A DNA stretch of 64,000 bases from Candidatus Moanibacter sp. (GCA_965215885.1 CBDCEW010000104.1:96001-160000); one strand, 5' to 3'. Positions 18,466 to 29,174 are shown, counted from the stretch's first letter. Notes: generated by a model not told the origin, from the letters alone. Made by a program: numbers and translations.

Positions 18466-19053
18466 CTACATCCTTCTGGGAACGTTGACGCTATCGCCTG
18501 GGTAGACTCTAAAATCACGTTCCGGGTTGTGAAGAGCCAGCTTCGTATCCACGACATAGGTCTTTTCATCTCTCGTCAGTATCACCCCTGATTTCTTGCC
18601 GTAGAGACTAAAGCCCCCAGCTTCCTGGATGGCCTTGTTCAACGTGAGATCAGGACTCCAGAGAACCCTACCCGGTCTGGCAACTTCGCCTCCAACGTGA
18701 ATATAACGCTGTGTTACAGAAACTGATACATCAATAGTCGGATAGATCCTTCTGTCGATGTATGCTTGTTTTATTTCTTGCTGAAGTTCTGATTCGGTGA
18801 ACCCGCTCGCTCGTACCGATCCAATGAAGCGCAGCGTGATATCGCCTTGGTCATCAACTTGCACGGAGATGCTATCGGGATCCGGGATACTCTGCAAATT
18901 CACTACGAGTCCGTCTCCCGGTCTTAGCCCGACTGACAGTGGTGGGGGAATGTTTAGAACCGGGTCACTTACCGGGTCTCCACAACCAACGAATGCAAAG
19001 ACTGAATACGCTGCAAGGGAAAGGGAACAATAGTTAGCTTGAGCCAAACGCAT
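18466..19053 (-). CDS. Polysaccharide export (Wza-like Poly_export + SLBB) lipoprotein
   Basis: Lipobox FVGC, LRPGDGL, VDDQGDITL, VGGEVARPG, AIQEAGGFS. Confidence 0.85.
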   Translation of the reverse strand: MRLAQANYCSLSLAAYSVFAFVGCGDPVSDPVLNIPPPLSVGLRPGDGLVVNLQSIPDPDSISVQVDDQGDITLRFIGSVRASGFTESELQQEIKQAYIDRRIYPTIDVSVSVTQRYIHVGGEVARPGRVLWSPDLTLNKAIQEAGGFSLYGKKSGVILTRDEKTYVVDTKLALHNPERDFRVYPGDSVNVPRRM

Positions 19054-19121
19054 TCTTAAGGTCTCTCAAAAAAATATGCTGGTTCAATTCTCACATTGCG
19101 GCGGTTAATGCGATGCACAAA

Positions 19122-19883
19122 TCATTTCTTCTTCCTGGGGCGTCCCCGCTTCGGTTTTTCTTCGATCACTTCCTCGTCCTCCTGATCCTCTTCCTCAAAC
19201 TCATTCTCCTCCTCTGCCGTTCCCTCTTCGTCCCACTTCATAGTCTCATCTTCCTCGATTTTCTCTTCCGCTTCTGGGATATCGGGAAAGTCTACGAACC
19301 CATCATCCTTAGTTCCCGCTGGATGAGCTTCATCCCCGATATCAATCTCAAATCCTTCCGGTACGTATTCCAGGATGGCAGTAACCTCGAGGAAAAAATG
19401 AGACGCTCTTCCTTCCATAAAATCGCTGCTTTGCCTCTCGCGAATCTCCTCTTCCAATTCGTCGATCGTGAGCTTTTGTTCAAAGTCGATTAGATCGTTG
19501 AGGAGGTTGACTCTCAGCTTTGTAATCTGATCGAGGAAGTCTGCGTATGGTCCCTTCTCTTCATCTAGTATGTCGGGCAGTGCGAAGAGCTCATCATCTG
19601 ATCGAATAAGCGAATCTCGTATGCGAACGAGGCGAACACGGTTTTCCTTCAATACTTTGTCGATTCGAAACTTGAAGAAAGCGTTGTCGATAATATCGGG
19701 ATCAAACCCGTACTCCCTCAGGGGATCACATAGGTCGACGATGTGGGAAATTTGCCTGGGGTCAATAATACCCAGTGCATCGATGTCCCAGTGAATCTCA
19801 TCGCTGATTTCCTCGATCCACCAGTTCATGTCGGTACCGAGGCGAATTACGCTCCAATCGAGCTGTGGACTGGTTTGTGGCAT
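19122..19883 (-). CDS. Hypothetical protein with acidic tail and basic C-terminus
   Basis: 253-aa ORF with protein-like composition; ends KPKRGRPRKKK. Confidence 0.8.
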   Translation of the reverse strand: MPQTSPQLDWSVIRLGTDMNWWIEEISDEIHWDIDALGIIDPRQISHIVDLCDPLREYGFDPDIIDNAFFKFRIDKVLKENRVRLVRIRDSLIRSDDELFALPDILDEEKGPYADFLDQITKLRVNLLNDLIDFEQKLTIDELEEEIRERQSSDFMEGRASHFFLEVTAILEYVPEGFEIDIGDEAHPAGTKDDGFVDFPDIPEAEEKIEEDETMKWDEEGTAEEENEFEEEDQEDEEVIEEKPKRGRPRKKK

Positions 19884-20125
19884 GGGTGAAAGAGGTGGTC
19901 TACCGTGATTTAAGAATTTCGGTCTGGGAATCTGTCGGACTTAGCTTTCGAAGCATCCCTGAAGTGAATATTTGCAAGTAGGTCCTTTGGAATACTTTTC
20001 GTGATTTTGTAAAGACTTAAATTGAAAAAATTGAATCGCCATTTTTCTGGACCCGTCCTAAAGAGTGCGATTTATGGCGGCTTCTAACCGCTTGCTCTCG
20101 ACGAGGAATTTGAGATATTCGCAAC

Positions 20126-21229
20126 ATGGGTCTTTTCTACGAGAAGGCTGTTCGACCGATCCTCTTTCTACAGGAACCGGAGCAAGCGCATAATCTGGCT
20201 GTTTCGTTTCTCACAGGGTTGAGCAAATGCCACTTCCTCTGCCGAATTTTTCGGGATCTTAACCAGCGCGCTTCAGACCGACCAGTAGAGCTTTTTGGTG
20301 TTACATTTCCCAATGCAGTTGGACTGGCCGCCGGCATGGATAAGAACGCCCAGATATGGTTGGCTGCCGCAGCCCTTGGGTTCGGACATGTGGAGGTTGG
20401 GACCGTAACTCTTCACCGGCAACCGGGAAATCCTCGGCCGCGATTGTTTCGCTATCCTCGGGAAGGGGCCTTGGTAAATCGAATGGGTTTCAACAATGAC
20501 GGCGCCGAGATAGTAGCGAACCGTCTCAAGTCTGTTGGGGCTCATCGAACGAGATTGATTCCTCTCGGTGTTAATATCGGAAAGTCAAAGGCTGCTAGTC
20601 TTGATCTGGCCGGCGATGACTATGTTGGATCTTTCAATCTTCTGGCTGATTTCGCCGACTATGTCGCAATAAATGTGAGTAGTCCGAATACTCCCGAACT
20701 TCGACAGTTGCAGGATCGCAACCATCTCCCCAAGCTCCTGAAAATGCTGCGTGAAGCCAATCGACATCGCGCACGGAATCTAAGCAAACCCCCGGTTCCC
20801 CTCCTTGTTAAAATAGCACCTGACCTTACATTCCCCGAGATTGATGACATTCTGGAGACGATGTTCGACCTTGAATACGACGGAATTATTGCCACCAATT
20901 CCACGATTCATCGGCCTCCTTCTCTTACAGAGGTAAATGAGGCAGGCGGGCTAACGGGAATTCCTCTTCATGAGCGGTCCGTAGAGATAATAAAGTATAT
21001 CCATCATGAGACTTCGGGCCGTCTCCCGATAATCGGGGTCGGAGGAATTCATGATGCCGACTCAGCTATCAAGACGATGGATGCCGGTGCCTCACTCTTG
21101 CAGTTCTATACGGGCTTCATTTTCAACGGTCCCTCCTTTCCCAAGCAAATCGCCCGCGCCGTCAGTGGGGAAAGATTTGAAGAGAATCGGGTTATGAAAG
21201 CACATAGCGCCATTGGTGGCGCGGAATAA
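20126..21229 (+). CDS. pyrD: Quinone-dependent dihydroorotate dehydrogenase
   Basis: GLAAGMDK, NRMGFNN, NVSSPNT, KIAPD. Confidence 0.96.
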   Translation: MGLFYEKAVRPILFLQEPEQAHNLAVSFLTGLSKCHFLCRIFRDLNQRASDRPVELFGVTFPNAVGLAAGMDKNAQIWLAAAALGFGHVEVGTVTLHRQPGNPRPRLFRYPREGALVNRMGFNNDGAEIVANRLKSVGAHRTRLIPLGVNIGKSKAASLDLAGDDYVGSFNLLADFADYVAINVSSPNTPELRQLQDRNHLPKLLKMLREANRHRARNLSKPPVPLLVKIAPDLTFPEIDDILETMFDLEYDGIIATNSTIHRPPSLTEVNEAGGLTGIPLHERSVEIIKYIHHETSGRLPIIGVGGIHDADSAIKTMDAGASLLQFYTGFIFNGPSFPKQIARAVSGERFEENRVMKAHSAIGGAE

Positions 21230-21303
21230 AAGGGAAACCTCAGGAGTCCTAGGTAAAAGACAATTTCCCCTTATCCTAAATCCGAATGTAATGATCGTGG
21301 AAT

Positions 21304-21385
21304 TGCTCAGGAGGGGACTCGAACCCCTACACCTTTCGGCATACGCCCCTCAAGCGTACGTGTCTACCAATTCCACCACCTGAGC
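21304..21385 (-). tRNA. tRNA-Leu(GAG)
   Basis: Reverse strand GCTCAGGTGGTGGAATTGGTAGACACG TACGC TT GAG GG GCGTA ...GGTTCGAGTCCCCTCCTGAGCA; long variable arm; CCA not encoded. Confidence 0.97.
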
Positions 21386-21592
21386 ATTGAAAAATTTCCT
21401 CTAGTGGGAGGGAAAACAGGCAAAGGTGTGAAGTCGCCCATTTCAAGTTTTTTCGTATTTTGCGTAGACTTAGGGAAATTTATACGTTTATTCCGTGGTA
21501 AAGTAGATTGAGTTCGTGAATGGAACGAGGATCCCATAGAAAAAGAGAAGCAACGGACGGCACCGGGTGATACCGGCGATTCTGCCAAACTT

Positions 21593-23167
21593 GTGGAACC
21601 AGCTGTTCCCGATGTGGTCGACTTGAGTGCTCTTAGAGACTTCTCCATCGGTCCCAATTGGAGTGATCCTGACTATTCTTCGGAATCGGCTGATGCAAAA
21701 AGTGGGACCCGGGCGAAAGGTAGGCGCGATAACGCCGGGGCTCTTTTGAAGCGGGACCGGCGGGCGCGTAGGGATGCAGCGGGCCGGGGCGGGAAATCTG
21801 AGCGGAGGGAGAGGAGACCTAACGAAGCTGAAGGTCCCAGGCGTTCGAGCTTCAGAAGGGAAGATAGAAAGCCGCCGTTTCGGCCCACTGTGCAGGTACA
21901 GTTTTCACCGGAAGAGGCGCCATTCAAAGCAATGACGAGCGCTCTGAGGTCGTCCTGTAGAACCTACGAACTCTTTGAGATCGCGCGGTTAATACTTGAA
22001 AAGCGCGAGCGTTTCGTGGTGCTGGTTCGCGCCGAGCCGTCCTCTGACTCACGACAGGAGCTCTTGTATATCTCCGTTCCGGAGGGGCTTCCTTTCGAAA
22101 CGGAAAAAGGTGTAATCGATCACGTTCTTGGGACACATCTGGATAGATTTCTTACCGTCGAAAAAGTTGAGATAGAACCTCCTTCGGGCAATTTCCAAGT
22201 GGTGAATCGTTGTTCCATAACGGGAGAGATCCTGGGCCCGCCCAATTATCATCGATATCAGCACCTGGAACAGGAACATCACCGCAATCGGCTTAAACAT
22301 ATCACCATTGAGAGGTTCCGTGCTAAGATTGAACCGGTTAACGATCCCAAAGTAATCCAGGATTGGCTGCAGCGAATGACGCATGAATCGCGCTACAGGC
22401 TAAATTCGTCGATCAGCGGCGCTGAGGACGCTCCTTCGTTCGACAATTACGAGAGCGCCCGGCATTATCTTGTCACTCATTTTCCGAATAGGATCTTTCG
22501 GACCGCTCCATCGACGCGATTTTCAGGTAAGGATATCGAATCGTTGCCGAAAGGAGGAGACTTGCGCCGCTCCATCGAAATGGCGCTGGAGTTACAGAAG
22601 AGATTTCCGTTGGATACGGCAAATCATCTTCGAAGACGACTCAAACGCCTGAAGTTTGTCGTCTACAAACGAGGGTCGAAGGGAGTGTCCTTTGTGAGCG
22701 CCGTGAAAAGAAAGCTCAGATCGCCTGACGCGACTTTTGCACTACCGGTGCAGGAACTCCTCGAAACTATCGAAACGCACCCGAATATCCACGTAGGAGA
22801 ACTTTATCGACTCTTATGTGGCAGTGAGCCAGTAGTTGAGCCAACGAAGGGAGAAAAAGGCGAATCCGGAGAAACTGAGCGGTTCCGCCAACTGTCACAG
22901 AATCTGCGCTGGTTAGTATCGGAAGGGTATGTCACCGAGTTTGGAGATGGTCGATTGTACTCCTCGCCTCCTCATCGACAGGAGACGATGACTTCTGAAA
23001 GTAATCGGGAAGATGAAGGAAAGCCTCATGAAGCCGCGGAGGTCGAAGAAATAGGGAAGTCGGTAGAGGAAAATGGGAATTTTGAAGATGGGAAAGCATG
23101 TGGACAGGAACAAACTGATCCGTCTGAATCCGTTGAAGTGGCTGAAGAGCAGGAGGTAACCCGTTAG
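21593..23167 (+). CDS. Conserved hypothetical protein (Verrucomicrobia-type)
   Basis: 524-aa ORF; GPPNYHRYQ and LRWLVSEGYVTEFGDGRL segments; disordered termini. Confidence 0.8.
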   Translation: MEPAVPDVVDLSALRDFSIGPNWSDPDYSSESADAKSGTRAKGRRDNAGALLKRDRRARRDAAGRGGKSERRERRPNEAEGPRRSSFRREDRKPPFRPTVQVQFSPEEAPFKAMTSALRSSCRTYELFEIARLILEKRERFVVLVRAEPSSDSRQELLYISVPEGLPFETEKGVIDHVLGTHLDRFLTVEKVEIEPPSGNFQVVNRCSITGEILGPPNYHRYQHLEQEHHRNRLKHITIERFRAKIEPVNDPKVIQDWLQRMTHESRYRLNSSISGAEDAPSFDNYESARHYLVTHFPNRIFRTAPSTRFSGKDIESLPKGGDLRRSIEMALELQKRFPLDTANHLRRRLKRLKFVVYKRGSKGVSFVSAVKRKLRSPDATFALPVQELLETIETHPNIHVGELYRLLCGSEPVVEPTKGEKGESGETERFRQLSQNLRWLVSEGYVTEFGDGRLYSSPPHRQETMTSESNREDEGKPHEAAEVEEIGKSVEENGNFEDGKACGQEQTDPSESVEVAEEQEVTR

Positions 23168-23211
23168 GAATCTGTCGGACTTCGCTTTGTTGATTTCTCC
23201 AAACTTCTGGA

Positions 23212-23664
23212 TCAGTCGCGCCCTGGGCGATAGAGCTGTAAGTGGCGATGGTGGAGGTCTCTGAACTTCAGCTGTAGTTTCCAGCAATTTTCAGGTAGTC
23301 GGGAACCGATATTTTCAGGCCATTCAATCGCCAGGCAATACGGGGGATCCAAAAAGTCTTCGATTAAAAGAGCGTCATACTCAGATTCTTCTTCTAATCG
23401 GAAGGCGTCTACGTGGATGAGATTCCGTTTTCCTTTGTACATGGAGACAAGATTATAGGTTGGGCTTGTTATGTGTTTGTCGATTTCCCAATAGCGCGCC
23501 AATCCCCGCACGAAGGTCGTCTTTCCGCTGCCGAGACTTCCAAATAGAGCCAAAATCGAATTTTCGGGTAGGAACTGGGCAAGTTTTCCTGCCTGTTTTT
23601 CCGTTTCTTGTGCAGAGTCGGTCACGACGCCGGATATGAGAGCTTTCATCGGTCGAGGTGGCAC
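23212..23664 (-). CDS. tsaE: tRNA threonylcarbamoyladenosine biosynthesis ATPase
   Basis: GSLGSGKTT, TSPTYNL, HVDAFRL, IEWPE. Confidence 0.95.
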   Translation of the reverse strand: MPPRPMKALISGVVTDSAQETEKQAGKLAQFLPENSILALFGSLGSGKTTFVRGLARYWEIDKHITSPTYNLVSMYKGKRNLIHVDAFRLEEESEYDALLIEDFLDPPYCLAIEWPENIGSRLPENCWKLQLKFRDLHHRHLQLYRPGRD

Positions 23665-23700
23665 CGGCGGTTGAACTCTCGATCAGGGGCATTAGTTGCT

Positions 23701-24678
23701 TCAAGTGACAAAATACTCATAGCCTTTTCCTGTTGAGAGGGGTTTCCCGGTTACCGAATCGACAATCGTCTTTTCTGTAGAATCTTCTGGGCACGCGACT
23801 ATCTCCCCAATGTGAGAAAGCGGTGTCGTGAATTCTCGACTCCATTTTTCGATGAACGTTTTTGGGTTCAGTTTTGCGGAAAGAGCAAAGAGGAGCTCGT
23901 AGTCTTCGCCATCGTTTAGAGCATGTTCGAGAGGGGTACGGCCGGAACGATCTGCAAGGGTGTTGGCGGCCTCGCTTATGGGCAGGCAGTTCGTGTCGAT
24001 AGTGGCGCGAGAGCCCCTTGGAAGTAATTCGGGCAGGTCTTTGCTGAGTCCGTCAGTCAGGTCTATCATGGATCGAACGGCTTCGTCTTGGGCGAGCCAT
24101 TGGGCTTCCCTCAGGCGAGGCGAAAAATCGAAGTGTTTCCCCAGAAGGCTTCCCCCCACTGTACCTGTGACTAAAAGAGAATCGCCTTGTCGCCCTCCGT
24201 TTCGAGTGAGCGGTCTCGAGGAATATCCGAATAGAGTCAGATAGCCTCCGAGGGTTCCTTCTGACTGGGTTACATCTCCGCCCAAAATGGAAACTTCCCA
24301 TTGTTTCGCAGCATCACGAAGCCCGAAGTAAAAGCCCTCCAGCCAGGACCGCGCCAAATTACCGGGAAGGAACAGACCCAAAACAGCAAACTTTGGACTA
24401 CCACCCATTGCTGCAATATCGCTGATGCTACGCTTCAGCATTTTGGCGCCTACATCTTTCGGCGATATCGAATTATCGAAATGCTGACCATAGAGAAGGC
24501 CGTCCACGGTTAAAAGGTTCCCGGTTGTTTCCCTGGGGCGCAGAATTGCGCAATCGTCACCCATTCCAAATGGAGTGGGCGGCGTAACTTCCCCCAACCA
24601 CTCTTTGATGATTCTCAGAAGTCCTATTTCTCCGAGACTACTGATGGAATCTGCTCTTATGTTGGTAAAGGGATCCAT
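23701..24678 (-). CDS. thiL: Thiamine-monophosphate kinase
   Basis: GDDCA, SDIAAMGG, GGD, IDLTDGL, GEDYELLF. Confidence 0.95.
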   Translation of the reverse strand: MDPFTNIRADSISSLGEIGLLRIIKEWLGEVTPPTPFGMGDDCAILRPRETTGNLLTVDGLLYGQHFDNSISPKDVGAKMLKRSISDIAAMGGSPKFAVLGLFLPGNLARSWLEGFYFGLRDAAKQWEVSILGGDVTQSEGTLGGYLTLFGYSSRPLTRNGGRQGDSLLVTGTVGGSLLGKHFDFSPRLREAQWLAQDEAVRSMIDLTDGLSKDLPELLPRGSRATIDTNCLPISEAANTLADRSGRTPLEHALNDGEDYELLFALSAKLNPKTFIEKWSREFTTPLSHIGEIVACPEDSTEKTIVDSVTGKPLSTGKGYEYFVT

Positions 24679-24750
24679 GTTTCATCCGGAAAGCCATAAC
24701 ACGCCGTGGACCGACTGATGTGAAGAATATACAGCAACGCACTGTTGTTC

Positions 24751-25647
24751 CTATCGGATAAGACCTAAAGGCACAGCTAAAGCCGAAATTTCGTCAGTTT
24801 GGTACTGTATTAGAATTATGGAATTAAGATTGAACAATGCGTGAAAAAAGATCGGCACTTTGAGATTACCAGACATCTCGTAACTGATGCACAGAAATAT
24901 TCCCAAAACAAAGAGAGGAGAAAAGCTGATGAAGTTCAAGTGTATGCCGGCGAAGAGCAGGGCGCTAGTTATGATGGCGAGAGAAGTTCTCATGCGAAAT
25001 TTCAAGAACCGGTAAATGACGCCGCGAAATATGAGTTCCTCAACAATAGGAGCGCCGACTATTGCAAGGAAACCAAGCATGAATAAGGGGAGAGGGGCTT
25101 TTACCTCGCTGAAGCTTCGCACCACGTTCTGAGGTTCATGGGCGATCTCAATGCCTGTATTCTCAAGGACATTCAGAATATTTAGCCATAGGATGCCGAC
25201 AATCCAGACGGCTGGAAAAGATGCAAGAAAGATGAAAAGTGCATTAGAAAGGGCTTTCCCCAAGGGCATGGGGATGTTGTTGAATTTTTCATGGAAAAGC
25301 TGTGGTTGGGATTTTCGATAAAGAAGAAAGACCGCGAGCAATCCAATCTGCATGGAGCTTCCCGCAACGATGTTCTCCCATGTTTCTTCGACCGCCCCTG
25401 GGTCGGCTTCCGTTTGGCCGAAGAAAGAGCCGAAGATCATCTGAATGATGACGACGCTCATGAACATGAGCCAGATGAGAAGACCGAAATCACTCCATCG
25501 GATACTCCAGGCTTGGACTTTGCCGGAAGGGTTGTCGGCTTTTCCCGCACAGATTCGCCGTGACAGTTGAAATAGACAGACTACACCAACGCCCAGCATT
25601 CCGATTAGGTAGAACACGATCCCTTCTTCCGTAGCCGAAAGCTTCAT
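24751..25647 (-). CDS. CPBP (Abi/CAAX) intramembrane metalloprotease
   Basis: APIVEELIFRG, FAGIH, HALFN; multiple transmembrane segments. Confidence 0.92.
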   Translation of the reverse strand: MKLSATEEGIVFYLIGMLGVGVVCLFQLSRRICAGKADNPSGKVQAWSIRWSDFGLLIWLMFMSVVIIQMIFGSFFGQTEADPGAVEETWENIVAGSSMQIGLLAVFLLYRKSQPQLFHEKFNNIPMPLGKALSNALFIFLASFPAVWIVGILWLNILNVLENTGIEIAHEPQNVVRSFSEVKAPLPLFMLGFLAIVGAPIVEELIFRGVIYRFLKFRMRTSLAIITSALLFAGIHLNFISFSPLFVLGIFLCISYEMSGNLKVPIFFHALFNLNSIILIQYQTDEISALAVPLGLIR

Positions 25648-25658
25648 TGAAAAAACGG

Positions 25659-25960
25659 CTAGGAATCTGTCGGACTTTGTGACTCAATTGCTCTACAAGC
25701 ACCAAAGTCCGTCCGACAGATTCCTATGAAGAAAATGAAACTGAATTCTGGGACCAAATCACTCACTTACTCCTCTTCAAATGATTCAACCGGCAAGAAA
25801 AGCGAATGATTCTTAGGTCGCTGTGACAGTTTGGCCCTGATTTTCGCATCTCGAGCACACTTCCACCAAAATTCAGTTTCACTTTCTTGTTTCTAGCAGC
25901 CTGTCGGAATGAATTCGAGTGATTTTTTCGAAAGAATCATAAAGTCCGACAGGCTGCTAG
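25659..25960. repeat. Mosaic MITE array: family A + family B (TIR AAGAAAATGAAACTGA) + family A variant
   Basis: Three abutting inverted-repeat units; same organisation at 43862-44175 and a remnant at 7245-7305. Confidence 0.85.
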
Positions 25961-28326
25961 GCGGCCGCCTCCTTCAACCATACTTCGAGCTCATCAGTCG
26001 ATGCTATGGACTGGGCATTCTGGAGCTCTTCATCGAGAAGTTCGCGATATGAACCTTCCATAAAGCGCCGACAGTGCAAAAGAACCAGCGCTCTCTGTCC
26101 TGGAGCCCTAACGAGGCGGCCAAGTGCTTGGTTTATCTTGATCATGCCGGGTATCTGATAAACCTCACGGAAGGCTTCTTGTCGCGGTAGATGAGCGCGG
26201 TCATGCATCCTCTTGTCCTGCACCGCACTCACTTCGGGAAGGGCAGGTCCGACGACCATCGCACGTGAGACCCTGCCTCCCAATGAGTCGACACTTTCGG
26301 AAAAACTGCTTCCCAGCACGAGAAGGAGAACATCGGCGTCGAGGAGGGCGTTTTCCAGGAATCGATTTTGCTCGTTCAGATCCATGTTGCGAGGTTGCAA
26401 AATCGAGCGTATCTCCGGGAAAACCGTTCTTAGATGTTGGGCGATCGTTTCAGCGTAGCGAAAAGATGGAAAATATACGACAGCGGGTTCGGCGGTCTGT
26501 CGGCAGAGCAATGTGATTGTCTCCGCCGTTATTGGATAATACTTTCCTCTCTCTTTAAACCGCGTGTCTACTCGGGTGTCAATGGCCACGGTGTAGGCGT
26601 TCTTTCGCCAGGGAGCCTCGGCTCTGAAATAGACATATTCCTGGTTTGAGAGGCCACAGGTCTGCCGGAAGCAACCAATTGGTGCGAGGGTCGCTGACAT
26701 GAGAATTACCTGGCTGAACAATCCAAGAGTGGCGGCGATTTCTGGCGATGCGCTCAGACAGGTAAACCGAATCCTTTGTGATTGAGGGGTCCACAGAAGC
26801 TTGTCGATGTAGGGGCCAGCGAGAAATTCCAGAAGATCGATACACCTGTAAAGGGACACGTATGCCTGTGCTGAAAGAGATTCTGGATTTATCGGCGTGC
26901 TTTGAAGAGACTCAACGACCGCTTCCAGGATATCGATAAGTTCATATCGACGACAATCATCCAGTAGCTCCGCGCCCTCGATACGTTCAATGTAATCCAG
27001 AAAACACCTGAAGGCCGGGCCCAATTCTGCTCTGATTCCCGCATATTGCAGTTCGCCGTGTACATCTACGCCCTCTTGGAGAGTGTACTCGTAGGAAAAT
27101 GCTGCCGCTACGCGCCCCGGCAAATTGTGCGCTTCGTCGACCACGAGAAGCGTTTGTTCAGGATTGAAGCTGGGTTGCTGAAAGAAGACGTTTCGGCTGT
27201 GTGGGGAGAAGATGTAATTATAATCGCCTACCCAGAGGTCGGCGTAGGGTAATATAGCCCGCGATATCTCGTAAGGACAGATCCCATTTCGGCTGCCGAG
27301 TTCCTTAATTCGGCTAAGAGTCAAGGTTCCATTTTCAATCAGGTAAAAGGGTGATATGCCCGACTGTTTCCACCTCTCTTCAATATCGTGACGGCAGTCC
27401 AGTCCGTTCCCGCAGGAATGGAGTGGCGAATCGATTGCATGTTCAAGTCGATTTCGCATCTGAAAATACTGCAGCCCGCCTTGACCCGCTATCATCCCAT
27501 CCAGTTCTCGGATTGTCTGGATCTGTCCAGTGGATTTGCCGGTTAGATATACGATTCGTTCGCAATGGCCTTCGCGTAGTCGAGATAAAGCGAAATCGAG
27601 AACAATTCCCGTCTTTCCGAATCCGGTGGGAGCTTCAAATAGAATCTTTCCCTCCCTTTGGGCCAGGTCTGTCAACTGTTCACAGGTATCTTCCTGTCCA
27701 GGCCTCGGTCTCAAGTAGGGTCTCGCAAATTCGATATGCAGGAGACGCTGTTTCGCCTTCCAACGCTGTTTCACGAAATCAACAAGTGTTTCCAATTGAT
27801 AACGGAACTGCATGCCATCCCGTTCGTCGAGGACTACAGGCTGAATCAATCCAGAATTAATATCCACGAATACCAGTTCGCCCATGCGGTCCCGCGGATC
27901 TCCCCGGGGATCCAACCGTGCCAGAGCGAGGTACGATTCCAGTTGGACAAAGTAGGAGGGGTACGTTCTTCGAAGGATCGCTTCATCCTGCGGAAGATTC
28001 GAATCGATCGTCTTGATTTCCCTGAAATTGACCCGCTGGCCGGTCCTGACGATCTGATCGACTCTTCCTTGCAGCGCGATCGACCACCCTGAGTGCGTCA
28101 AGACTCCTTTTATCGGCACTTCGAATTCTGCCTGTTCAGAAGCCTCGATCGCTTGCCCCTGCAGGTCTTTATGCCACCGTTGGCCTATCTCTGCGCGCCA
28201 GCGTCCGGTTCGAGCCTTGGGGTAATCAGCGGGGCCGATTCTGAACTCGGCGAATTCCCGGACGCTCAGTTCGACTCTACGTTCATTCAGAACAAGCTGC
28301 ATAATCCCGATTCTCGCCGGGATCAA
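25957..28326 (-). CDS. DinG/XPD(Rad3)-family helicase with N-terminal PD-(D/E)XK nuclease domain
   Basis: LQGRVD...EIKT; APTGFGKT; DEAH; SATL; QALGRLVR. Confidence 0.9.
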   Translation of the reverse strand: MIPARIGIMQLVLNERRVELSVREFAEFRIGPADYPKARTGRWRAEIGQRWHKDLQGQAIEASEQAEFEVPIKGVLTHSGWSIALQGRVDQIVRTGQRVNFREIKTIDSNLPQDEAILRRTYPSYFVQLESYLALARLDPRGDPRDRMGELVFVDINSGLIQPVVLDERDGMQFRYQLETLVDFVKQRWKAKQRLLHIEFARPYLRPRPGQEDTCEQLTDLAQREGKILFEAPTGFGKTGIVLDFALSRLREGHCERIVYLTGKSTGQIQTIRELDGMIAGQGGLQYFQMRNRLEHAIDSPLHSCGNGLDCRHDIEERWKQSGISPFYLIENGTLTLSRIKELGSRNGICPYEISRAILPYADLWVGDYNYIFSPHSRNVFFQQPSFNPEQTLLVVDEAHNLPGRVAAAFSYEYTLQEGVDVHGELQYAGIRAELGPAFRCFLDYIERIEGAELLDDCRRYELIDILEAVVESLQSTPINPESLSAQAYVSLYRCIDLLEFLAGPYIDKLLWTPQSQRIRFTCLSASPEIAATLGLFSQVILMSATLAPIGCFRQTCGLSNQEYVYFRAEAPWRKNAYTVAIDTRVDTRFKERGKYYPITAETITLLCRQTAEPAVVYFPSFRYAETIAQHLRTVFPEIRSILQPRNMDLNEQNRFLENALLDADVLLLVLGSSFSESVDSLGGRVSRAMVVGPALPEVSAVQDKRMHDRAHLPRQEAFREVYQIPGMIKINQALGRLVRAPGQRALVLLHCRRFMEGSYRELLDEELQNAQSIASTDELEVWLKEAAA

Positions 28327-29174
28327 TTATCGCGGGATTTAATCCAGTATTCCTTTATTTTCGGCATGACGAATAGCGAATCGGAAATATCGACATTGGC
28401 CTGGATAGAGTCATATTCAATGGTCTTGTAAACACCCAAATCGGCTGTGTATTCCCTACGCTGTTCCATCCATACATCATTCACTTTCTTTAATTTCTGG
28501 ACGTAATAGTCGGCGTAAACGGAAGCGCCGGCGAATTTTGCCGTAAAACCGTAGCGACGAACGAGAAAGTTCTTCGTATCGAAGTAATAGTAGACGAGGG
28601 GTCCATTTTTGATTTGAGCTCTTACCAGATAGGCCGGCGTGCTGTAGACTTTTGCTTTGCCATCGTAGGCGAAGGCGTGCCCTTTCTCCTTCCAGTCGAC
28701 AAGCGGTCCGTAAAAGTCGGCTTCCAAAGCGAATTCCTTTGCTTCCCCTTTGCCCATGAGCTTTGGCAGTTGCTTCTTCGGGGTGAATTCTTGAATCCAG
28801 GCGGTCTCGCCGTCATAGGCCCAAACGGTACGATAGTCTTGGCCTAATAGCCGGTAATGACGCTCAACCCGATACTTATTCGGGACTTTCCGGTACCACA
28901 ACATATTATAATATTTCTTTCCCTCCCGCAGCGTCCCTTTCTTTTTTGTCGACTTGATAGACTTGATCTTATCGATGCCGCCGCGGGATTTGTTGTGGTT
29001 CGCGATGATTTTCGCGGATGCAGCGTCCGAAACCTTCGGACCTACCTCTTTCTTACTGCTTTCCTGCTGCTCTTCTCCGTTTTCGGCTTCGGTTTGACCG
29101 TGGCTCACCATAGGCATGGCTGACAGCAAACACAAAAGACAGACAATGTAATTCACTTTGGTTTTGTATCCCAT
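28323..29174 (-). CDS. Exported LolA-like fold protein
   Basis: Signal peptide after MGYKTK (ATG 29174); GGIDKIKSIK, AYDGETAW, YYFDTKNFL, NVDISDSLFVMP. Confidence 0.7.
   Translation of the reverse strand: MGYKTKVNYIVCLLCLLSAMPMVSHGQTEAENGEEQQESSKKEVGPKVSDAASAKIIANHNKSRGGIDKIKSIKSTKKKGTLREGKKYYNMLWYRKVPNKYRVERHYRLLGQDYRTVWAYDGETAWIQEFTPKKQLPKLMGKGEAKEFALEADFYGPLVDWKEKGHAFAYDGKAKVYSTPAYLVRAQIKNGPLVYYYFDTKNFLVRRYGFTAKFAGASVYADYYVQKLKKVNDVWMEQRREYTADLGVYKTIEYDSIQANVDISDSLFVMPKIKEYWIKSRDN

Noticed and set aside
21304..21385. Genomic island integrated at tRNA-Leu
   Set aside because: No integrase and no duplicated tRNA 3' end; neighbours are core genes.
25957..28326. Cas4/CasDinG of a type IV CRISPR system
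   Set aside because: Housekeeping context with no csf or cas genes and no array.
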